Source of the DNA: an uncultured Chloroflexia bacterium
GTDB lineage: Bacteria; Chloroflexota; UBA6077; JACCZL01
DNA length: 64,000 nucleotides
Reading direction: 5' to 3'
Assembly (NCBI GenBank): GCA_963765765.1
Contig: CAVXYC010000032.1
Location: forward strand, 64,001 to 128,000
The first letter of the stretch is position 1, and each line of letters starts with the position of its first letter. Made by a program: the position numbers and the translations under genes. This document shows positions 19,767 to 29,682 of the stretch, in pieces. The notes beneath the pieces are model-generated. The model saw only the letters and a program-made list of their open reading frames with translations, was not told the DNA's origin and did not search any database.

Positions 19767-20621
19767 TCACTTAGGCGTGTTGGGCAGTCGCTTCCCGGCG
19801 GCCCAACGTTCCTCAATCTGCTCCGCGGTTGGAACCGCCTCATGACCCTTTCGCTCGACCGCGAAGGATGCTACGCAGTTAGCAAAATCTGCGCTGGCGA
19901 AGGGATCGCCGGTGGCTGCTAGACGGGTGAAGTATGCCGCGGCGAAGAAATCACCGCTCCCGGTTGGATCCACAATTTTTCCGCTGGCGAAGGCTGGAGA
20001 ATGGCGCGATGTGCCTTTATGGTGGACAACCGCGCCGGCATCACCATACGTCAGAACGAGGACTTTACCTTTAGCAGCCCACGATTCTATACGGCCGGGA
20101 TCATCCACATCGTCAATGCTCATGACAACGGCGTTGGCGCGCGCAAGGACGGCGTTGGCATTCTTCCAATCTGTTGGCCGAACCACGCCGGCTTGGTCCC
20201 AGGCACGCATCCAGCCCTGTGGGGTTACGCCAATGAACGCCTTGGGGAACGCGCTGAGGAAATCGTTCTCCACCTCGCGGGCCACCGGGGCGAGATGCAC
20301 AATCGGCGTGTCGCGCCACTCTGGCAGAAGCTGCTTTGCGGAAAGCGACGGCGCAATCGCCTCTACCTTCTGCCGGCGAATGAGATTCTCGTACGTATTG
20401 GTGAACCGTGTGCTGTCTTCAGCGGGAATGCGCGCTACGCGCACGTCACCCAGTACATCTACGAGTGCTGGTTCGAAGCTCGCCGCGGTGAGTAGGCCCA
20501 CACGCTTTCCCAGCACAGCGGCAATGAGAGAGGCGTACGTGGCGGTCCCGCCGAGCGTTGGACCATCGGGCGTCTGGTCGGCCGTAACGTGGCCGACCAC
20601 CAGATAATCGAGCTCAGGCAT
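19767..20621 (-). CDS. PfkB family carbohydrate kinase
   Basis: LVVGHVTAD, GGTATY, VDPTGSGDFFAAA. Confidence 0.88.
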   Translation of the reverse strand: MPELDYLVVGHVTADQTPDGPTLGGTATYASLIAAVLGKRVGLLTAASFEPALVDVLGDVRVARIPAEDSTRFTNTYENLIRRQKVEAIAPSLSAKQLLPEWRDTPIVHLAPVAREVENDFLSAFPKAFIGVTPQGWMRAWDQAGVVRPTDWKNANAVLARANAVVMSIDDVDDPGRIESWAAKGKVLVLTYGDAGAVVHHKGTSRHSPAFASGKIVDPTGSGDFFAAAYFTRLAATGDPFASADFANCVASFAVERKGHEAVPTAEQIEERWAAGKRLPNTPK

Positions 20622-20701
20622 CGACTAGCGAGACGAAAGGCGAGTGGCGGCTGCCGAGGAGGTGGGTCCAGAAGTTTGTCTTCTGTGGCTCGCGGTCCGG
20701 T

Positions 20702-21505
20702 TCATCGCCCTCGTCCTCGAGGAACATCCCTGCCCACATCCAGATTGCCGAGTCGCTGTGGCTGGCGTGGGGAGACGACGACGCGGCGGTTGTCGCCCTC
20801 ACCGATCGAGTGTGTGGTGACGTACGGATGCTGTTGGAGTGCCATGTGTACGGTGCGCCGCTCGGCGGGCTGCATTGGATCCAGGAAGATGGGCTGACGA
20901 TAGCGCTGGGCCCGCTCGGCCGCTCGCAACGCGATATCACGGAGCATCCGGCTGCGGCGCTCACGATAGCCTTCCATGTCAACGATGACACGAACTCGCT
21001 TGGAGAGGCGTCGACTGGTCATCAGGCCAGTGACGAACTGAAGCGCGCTGAGCGTTTCTCCGTGGTGACCGATCAGAATACCTAGGTATTCTCCCTCTAC
21101 TTCCAGCTCGACGGTTGGCAATCCCTCATCGTCCACGGCGCGGGTGACGACAACATCTGCTTCCATCTCCATGGCGTGCAGAATGTCATCCAGGGTGGCG
21201 CGTGCGGCCTCGGCGATGGGCTCCATCTCGGGACTCGGTGCTACCCATTGAGCAACGTCATCGTCCGAGGCATCGTCCTCGAGCTCTTCATCGTCCTCAG
21301 GCAGCGCGTCATCGTCGTACTCGTCATCCGGGGTTATAGGGTCGTCCACGCGCGCACGTGGCGTGACGCGCACGAGCGCCAACACCTCTGATCCACCCGG
21401 ATCCAGAATCTCGATATCGACCTCGTCACGTTCGAGGCCGAGCTCATCTAGGGCATTTTCGACGGCGTCATCGACCGTACGGCCGGTTGCCTCAACGCTT
21501 TCCAC
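20702..21505 (-). CDS. jag: Jag/EloR (KhpB) RNA-binding protein
   Basis: GTG start [33 protein letters not shown]3H PMQPAERRTVH; C-terminus may be frameshifted. Confidence 0.92.
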   Translation of the reverse strand: MESVEATGRTVDDAVENALDELGLERDEVDIEILDPGGSEVLALVRVTPRARVDDPITPDDEYDDDALPEDDEELEDDASDDDVAQWVAPSPEMEPIAEAARATLDDILHAMEMEADVVVTRAVDDEGLPTVELEVEGEYLGILIGHHGETLSALQFVTGLMTSRRLSKRVRVIVDMEGYRERRSRMLRDIALRAAERAQRYRQPIFLDPMQPAERRTVHMALQQHPYVTTHSIGEGDNRRVVVSPRQPQRLGNLDVGRDVPRGRGR

Positions 21506-22373
21506 CGCGTTTCCTCTTACCGCTGGATTTGGCGCCTCTACCCGATGCGGGCGCCCGCGTTCCCTCCGAGCTGCCCTCGGAATCACCTGCTGGAAGGATT
21601 TGTGCTTGGCCGTTAGAGTCGTTCGCGTTTGCGCCCTTGGGCCGCTTCGATCCTACGGTCCCACTGCTATCGTCGGACTTATTGCCACCGAGTCCTGGGA
21701 TTAGCGGAAACAGCGATCCCCATCCGGTGGTGAAGTACTGCTGCACCAGACTGACCACATTACTTACCACCCAGTACATCACCAGTCCAGACGGCAAGGT
21801 GAATGTGACGCCCAAGAATACCAGGGGCATGAACGTCATCATGCGGTTCATCATCTGCTGCTGCGGATCCGTGGAGGGCATGGTCATCATGCGCTGCAGA
21901 ACCAACTGAGTAACGCCTGTCAGGATGGCCATGATGTATAGCGGGTCGGGATCTCCCAGACTTGGCATCCATAGGAATGCTTCGCGGAACTGGGGGTCAC
22001 CATTGTCGTGCGACGACAGGGTGATGAGCGCGGAATAAAGCCCGATAAAAATGGGCATTTGGATAAGGAGAGGTAGACACCCTGACGCGGGATTGACGCC
22101 GTTCTCCTTATAGATGCGCATCGTCTCTTGAGTGACGCGCTCGCGATCGTTGCCGTACTTCCTCTGGATCTCCTTGACTTGCGGCTGAATTGCCGTCATC
22201 GCCTTCTGCGAGCGCATCTGGTAACGGCTCAGCGGAAACATGACCAATCGAATGGCGATGGTGAACAGGATGATGGCCAGCCCGCCGCTGCCGGTCAGGT
22301 TAGCCAGATACTTCAACCCGTCAATGAGGGGATGAACGATGATCAAGTTCCAGATATCGGTAAACTGATCCAC
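21492..22373 (-). CDS. yidC: YidC membrane insertase
   Basis: [43 protein letters not shown]. Confidence 0.95.
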   Translation of the reverse strand: MDQFTDIWNLIIVHPLIDGLKYLANLTGSGGLAIILFTIAIRLVMFPLSRYQMRSQKAMTAIQPQVKEIQRKYGNDRERVTQETMRIYKENGVNPASGCLPLLIQMPIFIGLYSALITLSSHDNGDPQFREAFLWMPSLGDPDPLYIMAILTGVTQLVLQRMMTMPSTDPQQQMMNRMMTFMPLVFLGVTFTLPSGLVMYWVVSNVVSLVQQYFTTGWGSLFPLIPGLGGNKSDDSSGTVGSKRPKGANANDSNGQAQILPAGDSEGSSEGTRAPASGRGAKSSGKRKRGGKR

Positions 22374-22666
22374 GCTACTGCCGCGCCTCCATACAGGTCG
22401 GACACATCATGAAGTGTTTCGCAATCGTTATGAGGTGTCTCGCAATCGTTCCGGAACGGGTCGAACCCGCCGGGATGAAATGGGTGGCATCGGCTGAGGC
22501 GACCGGCTGCCATCCAGATGCCTCGCGCTACGCCATATTCGCTCACTGCGTCGTGAGCGTAGACGGAGCAGGTCGGGTAAAACCGGCAGGCGGACGGCAG
22601 CATGGGAGATACGCATACCTTGTAGGCGTGGAGCGCACCGAGTACCAGCCGCGTACCGAGGGGCAT
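22343..22666 (-). CDS. yidD: Membrane protein insertion efficiency factor YidD
   Basis: [32 protein letters not shown]. Confidence 0.92.
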   Translation of the reverse strand: MPLGTRLVLGALHAYKVCVSPMLPSACRFYPTCSVYAHDAVSEYGVARGIWMAAGRLSRCHPFHPGGFDPFRNDCETPHNDCETLHDVSDLYGGAAVAWISLPISGT

Positions 22667-22669
22667 CGA

Positions 22670-23200
22670 TCACACGGGGCTCGACCGGATAGAGATGTGG
22701 GCACGTCGAAACAGCCCATCGAGTGCGCTGCATAGTTCATTCCAGGTAGCAGTGGCACTGGGCGGGCGCGCTATGACCAAGAGGTCGAATCCCGGCGTAA
22801 AGTCGTGCTGTCGCAATCGAACAAATTCCCGAATGCGTCGCCGGACGCGGTTACGAACAACCGCCGTGCCCACTCGCTTGCTCACGGCCATACCAAGTCG
22901 ATTATGATCGAGTTCGTTTGGCGCGGTGACGAGCACGGCTAGGGGATGGGCCCAGGACTTTCCAGCAACTCGCACCCGTTCGATCTCGGCGGACGTACGG
23001 AGATGAGCGGAAGTGGGCCAGTGGAGTGGCCTGGATGTTGATGCTAAACGACTGTCAGGCGCTTGCGACCCCGAAGCCGGCGACGACGCAACACCGCTCT
23101 GCCGCCCGGCGAGCTCATGCGCTTGAGAAATCCGTGCTCCCGCTTCCGCGGGATACGCTTGGGTTGATACGTTCGTTTTGGCAATCCGAAAAAGCTCCAA
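22670..23200 (-). CDS. rnpA: Ribonuclease P protein component (start uncertain; frame stays open through rpmH)
   Basis: [25 protein letters not shown] (RNR motif), FDLLVIARP. Confidence 0.9.
   Translation of the reverse strand: MELFRIAKTNVSTQAYPAEAGARISQAHELAGRQSGVASSPASGSQAPDSRLASTSRPLHWPTSAHLRTSAEIERVRVAGKSWAHPLAVLVTAPNELDHNRLGMAVSKRVGTAVVRNRVRRRIREFVRLRQHDFTPGFDLLVIARPPSATATWNELCSALDGLFRRAHISIRSSPV
23044..23184 (-). CDS. rpmH: 50S ribosomal protein L34
   Basis: Hand translation from TTG: [46 protein letters not shown]; GGAG RBS. Confidence 0.96.
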   Translation of the reverse strand: MPKRTYQPKRIPRKREHGFLKRMSSPGGRAVLRRRRLRGRKRLTVV

Positions 23201-23220
23201 ACAGAGCGGTGACAGACGAG

Positions 23221-23249
23221 ATTATAGGTGGCGAGAGGGTGACTGTCAA
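23221..23249 (-). promoter_or_regulatory. Consensus sigma70 promoter of the rpmH operon
   Basis: TTGACA (23249-23244), 17 nt, TATAAT (23226-23221). Confidence 0.9.
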
Positions 23250-23298
23250 TTTTAATTGCCCGTCAGGCGTACTCTCGCAGACCCGGATCGCGGCGGCG

Positions 23299-23958
23299 CT
23301 AGAAGGTTCGACCCTGCACGCGACGAACGTCGAATTTTGCTGTGTCTGCCACGGCCATCACTGCCATCACGCCGGCCTGTACCGGATCACTCACGATCAG
23401 GTCGGCCGCCTCAGGCACGCTTCCGGCCATGTTGAGGGAGATGACGATGATGCCTTGCTCGCGAATCTCGCGCACGGCCTCGGCAACATCACCACCCATG
23501 AGTGCGCCGGCCAGAACAAGCGCCGCGGCGCGCGGCAGGCGAGCCACCGCGCGAACTGCGCCAGCGAGATTCTCTTCGCCCACCAGTGGAATTGTGTCCA
23601 CCGAGATGCGTTCGCCACGGATGTTGTGACGATCGGCCTCGGAGATGGCGCCAACGGCTACCTGTCCTACCTGTGCGCCGCCCCCAACCACAATGATGCG
23701 TTTGCCGTAAATCTGTCCGAAGGACGGAGCTTGCTCTACATACTGAGCCACCGGTGAGGCCCCGAGATCTCGAAGGAGCGCATCTGAGTCGGCGACACCG
23801 GTGAGCTCGAAGTACACCGCGGACCGCCCTGAGCCTCGCTCGTTAATGATGTCGACATAAGTAATGTTGACCTGGTGGTCGGTAATAACCCGTGTGAGGG
23901 CATACAAGACCCCCGGCTGATTCGGGGTCTGAACGAGAATGGCGAGCTCGTCTGGCAT
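23299..23958 (-). CDS. ACT-domain + DUF5612 protein
   Basis: N-terminal ACT (NQPGVLYALT); GKRIIVVGGGAQVGQVAVGAISEADRHNIRGERISVDTIPLVGE, DPVQAGVMAV. Confidence 0.85.
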   Translation of the reverse strand: MPDELAILVQTPNQPGVLYALTRVITDHQVNITYVDIINERGSGRSAVYFELTGVADSDALLRDLGASPVAQYVEQAPSFGQIYGKRIIVVGGGAQVGQVAVGAISEADRHNIRGERISVDTIPLVGEENLAGAVRAVARLPRAAALVLAGALMGGDVAEAVREIREQGIIVISLNMAGSVPEAADLIVSDPVQAGVMAVMAVADTAKFDVRRVQGRTF

Positions 23959-24163
23959 GGCGTAAGGCTACACGGACCGAGAGGCGGGAGGCGAGAGGCG
24001 GAGCGAAATGAAGAATACAGAATTCCGCGCCTTGCGCCTTGCGGCTCTCATCTCTTGCCTCGTGCCCCTGCTGGCCTGTGTCCCAATTGACACTTGCGTG
24101 GTGACCGAGTTGACAGTCTGAGGGGTGAGCGTGGACTTACGCTAAGAACGGACGGAGGAAAGC

Positions 24164-24283
24164 ATGGCGAATGAGATAGCACCAAATGCCTGGGAATACG
24201 ATGAGCTGGCCTTGTTGTTGTCCGTTGACGAGATGCGACTCCTCGAGCCTTCACTGGTGGAGATTGAGGTGCCCGAGGCGTAG
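24164..24283 (+). CDS. Candidate 39-aa acidic small protein
   Basis: GGAGGAAAGC-ATG; MANEIAPNAWEYDELALLLSVDEMRLLEPSLVEIEVPEA*; fills the gap without overlap. Confidence 0.5.
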   Translation: MANEIAPNAWEYDELALLLSVDEMRLLEPSLVEIEVPEA

Positions 24284-24291
24284 ATTCGGGA

Positions 24292-25791
24292 TTACCGCTT
24301 GGACCCGAGAATGAGCCCAGCCGTGATCTCGGCAGAGAGCAGCGTCCCTGGTAGTCCGGCGCCTGGATGCGTTCCGGCGCCAACGAGGTAAAGCCCGGAG
24401 ACATCGGATTGGCGATTGTGCGGTCGGAAGTAGGCAGACTGATCTAATGTCGGCTCGATTGAGAAGGCTGCCCCTTGTCGGCTACCTAATCGAGTGGCGA
24501 AGTCTGCCGGAGTGAAGCGACGCTCAACAACGATGCTGCGTTGGAGCTCCGTCAGTCCGAATTGGTGCTCCAGATAGCGCATGATTCGGTCACGGAACGG
24601 TTGGTCTAGCTCTCGCCAGGGGCGGAGCCGGCTCGCAAATGCGGCACGGGTGCGAGTACGTACATGCTCTCAGCCCCCGGAGGTGCGAGTGACGGATCGG
24701 TGCGCGTGGGCGTGTGAAGATAGAGTGCTAGCTCGCTCGGGAGCTCCATTCCGTCGAAGACTTCTCGGATCATCTCCTGATATTGATCCGGCATGACGAC
24801 CGTGTGATGACGCAGATGAGGGTACTGGCGTGACAAGCCGAGGTAGATCAAGTAGCAGCTCATGGACTGCCGATAGGTGCGATTGCGCGCTCGAGTGACC
24901 GGCCTCTGGGCTTCGCGCGGAAGCAGCTCGAGATAGGTGTTGACCGCATCTGCGTTACTGATGATCGTGTCGGCGGTGATCCGCTGCCCGCCGTCGAGCT
25001 CGATGCCGCGTGCCCGACGATCCGCAACCATGATCCGACGAACGGGACTGTTGATGCGCAGCTCACCGCCCAGCGCCTGGAATCTTCGTGCCAACGCTGA
25101 CACGAGCGCAGCCATGCCGCCGCGCGCAAAGTGAACGCCGCCGAGTCGTTCTAGGTACGGGATGATGCTATAGATGGCACTGGCCCGCAGTGGACTGCCG
25201 CCGATGAAGAGCGGATGGAATGAGAAGATTGTACGGAGGCGTGGATCCTCAAAATAGCGGGATGTGTAGCTGTAGACGCTCCGAATGGCGCCAAGCCGAA
25301 GTAGCTCGGGCACGATGCTGGTGAAGCTGCTCAGCTTGTGGAACGGCTGCCTGGCGAGATCCTCAAATGCGCGCTCATAAATCTCGCGAGTGTCCGCGAG
25401 AAATGACCGAAATGCCGACACGTCCGAAGGATTGAATCGGGCAATCTCGCGTTCCATGCTCTCCACGTCACTGCACGCGTCGAAGTACTGACCGTCTGGG
25501 AAGAAGATGCGGTAATAAGGCTCGAGGGGAATAAGCTCCAGGTCATCTTCCAGCCGACCGCCGAATGTATTCCACAGCTCACGCAATAAGTGGGGCGCGG
25601 TGATGAGGGTGGGCCCCATATCGAAGGTGTATCCCTGCTCGGCATACTTGCCCGGCTCGACCGCCCGGCTGCTCGAGTGCTTCCACGATGGTGACTTGCC
25701 AGCCCGCGGCCTGGAGTCGTATTCCGACAGCGAGACCACCGAAGCCAGCGCCGATCACCACAGCGCGCGAAGGCGAAGGCGTGCTGGTCAT
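24292..25791 (-). CDS. crtI: Phytoene desaturase family (CrtI/CrtD), frameshifts near 25660 and 24610
   Basis: VIGAGFGGLA, GYTFDMGPTLIT, YLHTPTRTDPSLAPPG, FRPHNR, LYLVGAGTHPGAGLPG. Confidence 0.9.
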
Positions 25792-26540
25792 GGTTGCGAG
25801 AGCTGTGCAACTCGATGCGCGAGCTCGCGCAACACCGTTTCGCGCTCTTCCCGTCGGTCAACCCTCAATGGCGACCCAACCCGCACGCTGAGTTGCGAAC
25901 GTCTGCTCTGATAGTGAAGACCTATGGGAACGACCGGTACGGATTCCCCAAGCCGACGTGTAGCGATCCACGCGAGATCCACACAGCCCCGATTGAATGG
26001 CAGCAGCTCGGCATCTTCCCGTGACGGCGTAGGCCACGGATCGACCTTGGGGTAGCCCTCCGGAAATATCAATAGAGCTCGATGCTGACGAAGTACGTCT
26101 AGCGCTAGATACGTGGCGCGTCGCAGGCGTGGAAGTCTGTCTCCGTGGTGGAATTGATGCTTATCGTTCAGCCCGAAGCTTCCAGACCGAATCACCGCGG
26201 GCCAGCGCGCCAGGAGGGTTGCTCCCTCGAGAAGCCGACGCTGCAGCGGGCTCCGCGCCCAATCCAACGCCACCATGATGTGCAGCGGCCGCGGCACAAT
26301 GCTCAACAGCGCACAGGCATCATAGAGATGGTGCACGTGCCGAGACGCCAGGATGATGGGTCCATTCTCTGGCAAGTGTTCGAGTCCGTCCGCGCTCAGT
26401 GCCAGGTGTCGCCGAACGACGATGTGGGCGTAGACGCGAAGAGTGAGCCAGGCGCCGAGGTCCACGGCAGCGGACGCCGTGCCAACGAGCGGGATCGCCT
26501 CAACCCTGTTGGCGGTCCCGGTAAGGGTCCGGTAGATCAA
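25788..26540 (-). CDS. PlsC-type acyltransferase, probably carotenoid-glycoside acylating
   Basis: GLEHLPENGPIILASRHVHHLYD (HX4D-like), LLIFPEGYP; TTG start overlaps the cruF stop. Confidence 0.8.
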   Translation of the reverse strand: MIYRTLTGTANRVEAIPLVGTASAAVDLGAWLTLRVYAHIVVRRHLALSADGLEHLPENGPIILASRHVHHLYDACALLSIVPRPLHIMVALDWARSPLQRRLLEGATLLARWPAVIRSGSFGLNDKHQFHHGDRLPRLRRATYLALDVLRQHRALLIFPEGYPKVDPWPTPSREDAELLPFNRGCVDLAWIATRRLGESVPVVPIGLHYQSRRSQLSVRVGSPLRVDRREERETVLRELAHRVAQLSQP

Positions 26541-27415
26541 TGAGCGCCCGATTGCTGCAGATTCGCGGCGTCCAGGCGTCGGCCTGTTGAGCGTGATCGA
26601 CCCGAGCCGCTCCAGAGCGCCAGGCTCGCCGGAGCGACGCCAAGGACCAGCGCCAGAATGCATGGCTGCCAGAGTCCAACGCTCAGACTCAGTCCGATGG
26701 CGAAGACAATATTGGCGACATACACGATGAATGGCACCCGCATGCTTATAGTCGTGAGCGGTGGGACGGAACCCCAGAGCCATCGACTGATGGCCATGAA
26801 GAGCAGGCCGGTACCGGCCCAGCCAATGAAGTTCTGAATCGGCATGCCGAAGTACGGTCCGGCCTGATGCCACGTCCAGAACTTCATTGGCAGCGACTCA
26901 TGCGCCATGGCGGGATCGAGCACAAGGTCCCAGACTGTCAGTAGCCAGACACCGAGCAGCAGACTGTGCCATTCTCGTGCTCTCTGTCCGAGGTGGCGGG
27001 TGGCCACCGTCGCCATCAAATAGCTGGCCAGGCCCATGGTGAACCACGACAGTGGGATCGTATAGGGCACTCGACCGCCAATCTTGAAGCCGAGCCCCTC
27101 CGTGTATTCGTATGCGCCGAACAGCCAGCCGGTACCGGTTCCCAGAAGCTCCATACTGACCGAGAGCGCTGTTGAAGAGACGAAGAAGACAAGCGTTCGT
27201 CTCCAGCCCAGAAGCCAGACTCCGAAAGCGACCATGGTAAGCGCACCCAGAACGATATGGAGCGCTCCGGCGTATTGCATTCCGAAGACGAACACTTGTG
27301 TAGCCAGCGGATTACCAACCCAGATGTGTGGATTGGGGAGAATGATAAGTAGGCCTCCCAGGCCGAAGAGAAGCGCGACAAGATGACCCACGAGCAGCGC
27401 TATCACGACTCTCAC
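26537..27415 (-). CDS. cruF: Carotenoid 1',2'-hydratase CruF family
   Basis: ELLGTGTGWLFGAYEY, VPYTIPLSWF, WDLVLDPAM, GMPIQNFIGW. Confidence 0.85.
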   Translation of the reverse strand: MRVVIALLVGHLVALLFGLGGLLIILPNPHIWVGNPLATQVFVFGMQYAGALHIVLGALTMVAFGVWLLGWRRTLVFFVSSTALSVSMELLGTGTGWLFGAYEYTEGLGFKIGGRVPYTIPLSWFTMGLASYLMATVATRHLGQRAREWHSLLLGVWLLTVWDLVLDPAMAHESLPMKFWTWHQAGPYFGMPIQNFIGWAGTGLLFMAISRWLWGSVPPLTTISMRVPFIVYVANIVFAIGLSLSVGLWQPCILALVLGVAPASLALWSGSGRSRSTGRRLDAANLQQSGAH

Positions 27416-28575
27416 AGGGTCGCCTCAGCAAGCGCTCGTCCTCGCCAGGTTTGGCGGGATCGGAATGCGCTCCACCAGAGCGTCAGGCTCATAGGTACGT
27501 CCATGATGGGTGAAAGCCAGTACGTCCAGGGACATTCAACGTATGCACGCCGTGTTCCTGCCAGGACGCCAAGCCGTATGCACAGCAGCATGAGGTTCAA
27601 TCGGGTCAGAACTGCTCCCGGGGCGGGATGCGCGTTCATGAGCCCGCTACAGGGCAGCAAGACGATCGGGAGCGCTTGCGCCAGAGTGACCTCGAGCAGG
27701 CCCACGCCAAAATTCCAGCCAATGACCCGATCACGCAACGGGAGCGAGCGGGACCAACCGACCAAGGTATTCCAGGCCCCACTGTACATCCTGACGTGTA
27801 CGAGATCATCTTTCGTTTCCGCGAAGCCAACCCGGTATCCACGCGCCACCATATGACGCGCCAGACTGACGTCCTCGCAGCGCGAATCGCGCACACGTTC
27901 GAGCCCGCCGACGCTGTCGAGCGCATGGCGCCGAATCAACATGCACTGACCGTTGGCCTGCGCATCCGTCACACTGGTCGCGACGTGACCTGGAATTCCG
28001 AATCGATAGACGAGGCTGGTTAGAAGCGATGGATGAATGAGCCCAGCCATGGCGCCGTCGACAACCTGGCGCGTCGCCACACTCAACGCGTCCAGGGCAT
28101 GCTGCTCGGCGTGATGCATCAGGGACGCAGCCAACAGAGGTTCCGCCTGCGCATCGGCGTCGAGGGTCAGCAGCCAGGATGAATCCGCGTGCGCAGCGCG
28201 GCGTCCGACCTCGATACCCCACGCTTTGCCGTTCCAATCCGCCGGGATAGGCTCAGCGTCGATCCATCGAATTCGAGCGTCGAGAGCGGAGAAGCGGTCC
28301 GCGATGATGCGGGTTCCGTCGGTGGAGCCCCCATCAGCTATCAGGATGCTCGCTACTTCGGGCCCTTGCTTGATAGCTCCGTTCAGACAGTCCGTCAAGC
28401 GATCCTGTTCATTGAGCGTCGGAACAATGATGGTCACCGAGCCATTCAGATCCACTCCAGAGCGTGTCTGGACCGCTTGACCATCGCGCGTTTTAACGAG
28501 CCGGCGGACAACGCGCGCAGCGAACAAACACTGGAGCGCGAGCAAGAGCCAGAAGAGCGAGCCAGACCCGTTCAT
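27412..28575 (-). CDS. cruG: GT2 carotenoid glycosyltransferase, CruG-like
   Basis: PTLNEQDRL, DGGSTDGT, WNGKAW, DAD, ANGQC, EDVSLAR, VRMY; operon context. Confidence 0.78.
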   Translation of the reverse strand: MNGSGSLFWLLLALQCLFAARVVRRLVKTRDGQAVQTRSGVDLNGSVTIIVPTLNEQDRLTDCLNGAIKQGPEVASILIADGGSTDGTRIIADRFSALDARIRWIDAEPIPADWNGKAWGIEVGRRAAHADSSWLLTLDADAQAEPLLAASLMHHAEQHALDALSVATRQVVDGAMAGLIHPSLLTSLVYRFGIPGHVATSVTDAQANGQCMLIRRHALDSVGGLERVRDSRCEDVSLARHMVARGYRVGFAETKDDLVHVRMYSGAWNTLVGWSRSLPLRDRVIGWNFGVGLLEVTLAQALPIVLLPCSGLMNAHPAPGAVLTRLNLMLLCIRLGVLAGTRRAYVECPWTYWLSPIMDVPMSLTLWWSAFRSRQTWRGRALAEATL

Positions 28576-29549
28576 ACTTGCTGCTCCGAGACGGCTGCAA
28601 AGACCGGCACACCGATGCGCTCGCCCAGCTCCCAGACTTTCACCGTCGCGGCCGCCATCAAGGCGTGGCGCCCCTTGGCCAATGAAGAAGTCGTCGCACG
28701 TTGCCGCAAGACGTCATAACGCCGACTTTCAATGACGTCGAGAATCCCACGGTACAGCAATGCCGCCGTGAGAATTGACAATCTCACATCGCGAGGCAGC
28801 AGCGGAACTCCTTCCAGGCCGCGCTCGTACTGAAAATACGCGCGCTCAACCTGGAAGCGCATGAGTGACCGAAAATGCCGATCCGGCCCTCGTCCCGCAT
28901 CGGCGAGACGGACGATGTGGTCTGCGTCACACTGGAATACGGCCAGCTCATCTTGAGGGAGGTACATCCGCCCTATCGCAAGGTCGGCTCCCACGTCCCG
29001 CAGGATATTGGTGAGCTGCATGGCGATTCCCAGCTCCTCGGCTGCTGCAAGGGCTTGAGGCGAGCAGGCGCCCAGGACGTGTGCCATGCAAAGCCCTACT
29101 GTGGCGGCTACCTGGTGACAGTAGTGCCGCAACTCGCGGAACGACTGGATATGCACCGGACCGAGGTCCGACTCGACGCCATCCAAAAGATCAAGCAGGT
29201 GACGTCGCGGCACGCAACATTGATCCAATACTTCTTGCAGCGGGCTTCCGAGTGCGGGCTCAGGGCAGCGTTGGGCGGCGCTTTTGAGCCACGCTCGCCA
29301 CTGTTGGAGCTCGCGGCGAGCCTCGAACCGGTCGGACGGTGACTGGGCCTCATCCACCAGATCGTCGACGTAGCGGCAGAATGCGTAGAGGATGACAACG
29401 GACTCGCGGACGTCGGCGGGAAGAAACCGAGCGGCGAAGTGGAACGAGTGTGCGTGCCTCGCCATGACGGTCTCGCACGCGAAGGCATCCGACGGCGGTC
29501 TCAGAGATGGAGACGCGGCTGGCAGCGTGGGGCGCAGGAGAGCGTTCAT
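28572..29549 (-). CDS. crtB: Phytoene synthase
   Basis: SFHFAARFL, LYAFCRYVDDLVD, LGIAMQLTNILRDVGAD..GRMYLP. Confidence 0.92.
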   Translation of the reverse strand: MNALLRPTLPAASPSLRPPSDAFACETVMARHAHSFHFAARFLPADVRESVVILYAFCRYVDDLVDEAQSPSDRFEARRELQQWRAWLKSAAQRCPEPALGSPLQEVLDQCCVPRRHLLDLLDGVESDLGPVHIQSFRELRHYCHQVAATVGLCMAHVLGACSPQALAAAEELGIAMQLTNILRDVGADLAIGRMYLPQDELAVFQCDADHIVRLADAGRGPDRHFRSLMRFQVERAYFQYERGLEGVPLLPRDVRLSILTAALLYRGILDVIESRRYDVLRQRATTSSLAKGRHALMAAATVKVWELGERIGVPVFAAVSEQQV

Positions 29550-29682
29550 GATCTTATGGCCTCTTTAGACTAGCATCGAGAGTCGCCAACTGCGCGCGGC
29601 GCCCTCGACAAAAGATGGACAATTCCTGTCAGTGTATAAGGCTTGTGCTTCCCGATAGACGGGCAGACTGGGCGCGAACGCT

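Noticed and set aside
22407-22448. 21-bp imperfect duplication at the yidD 3' end as a parS or operator site
   Set aside because: An in-frame duplication in a variable tail; does not match the parS palindrome.
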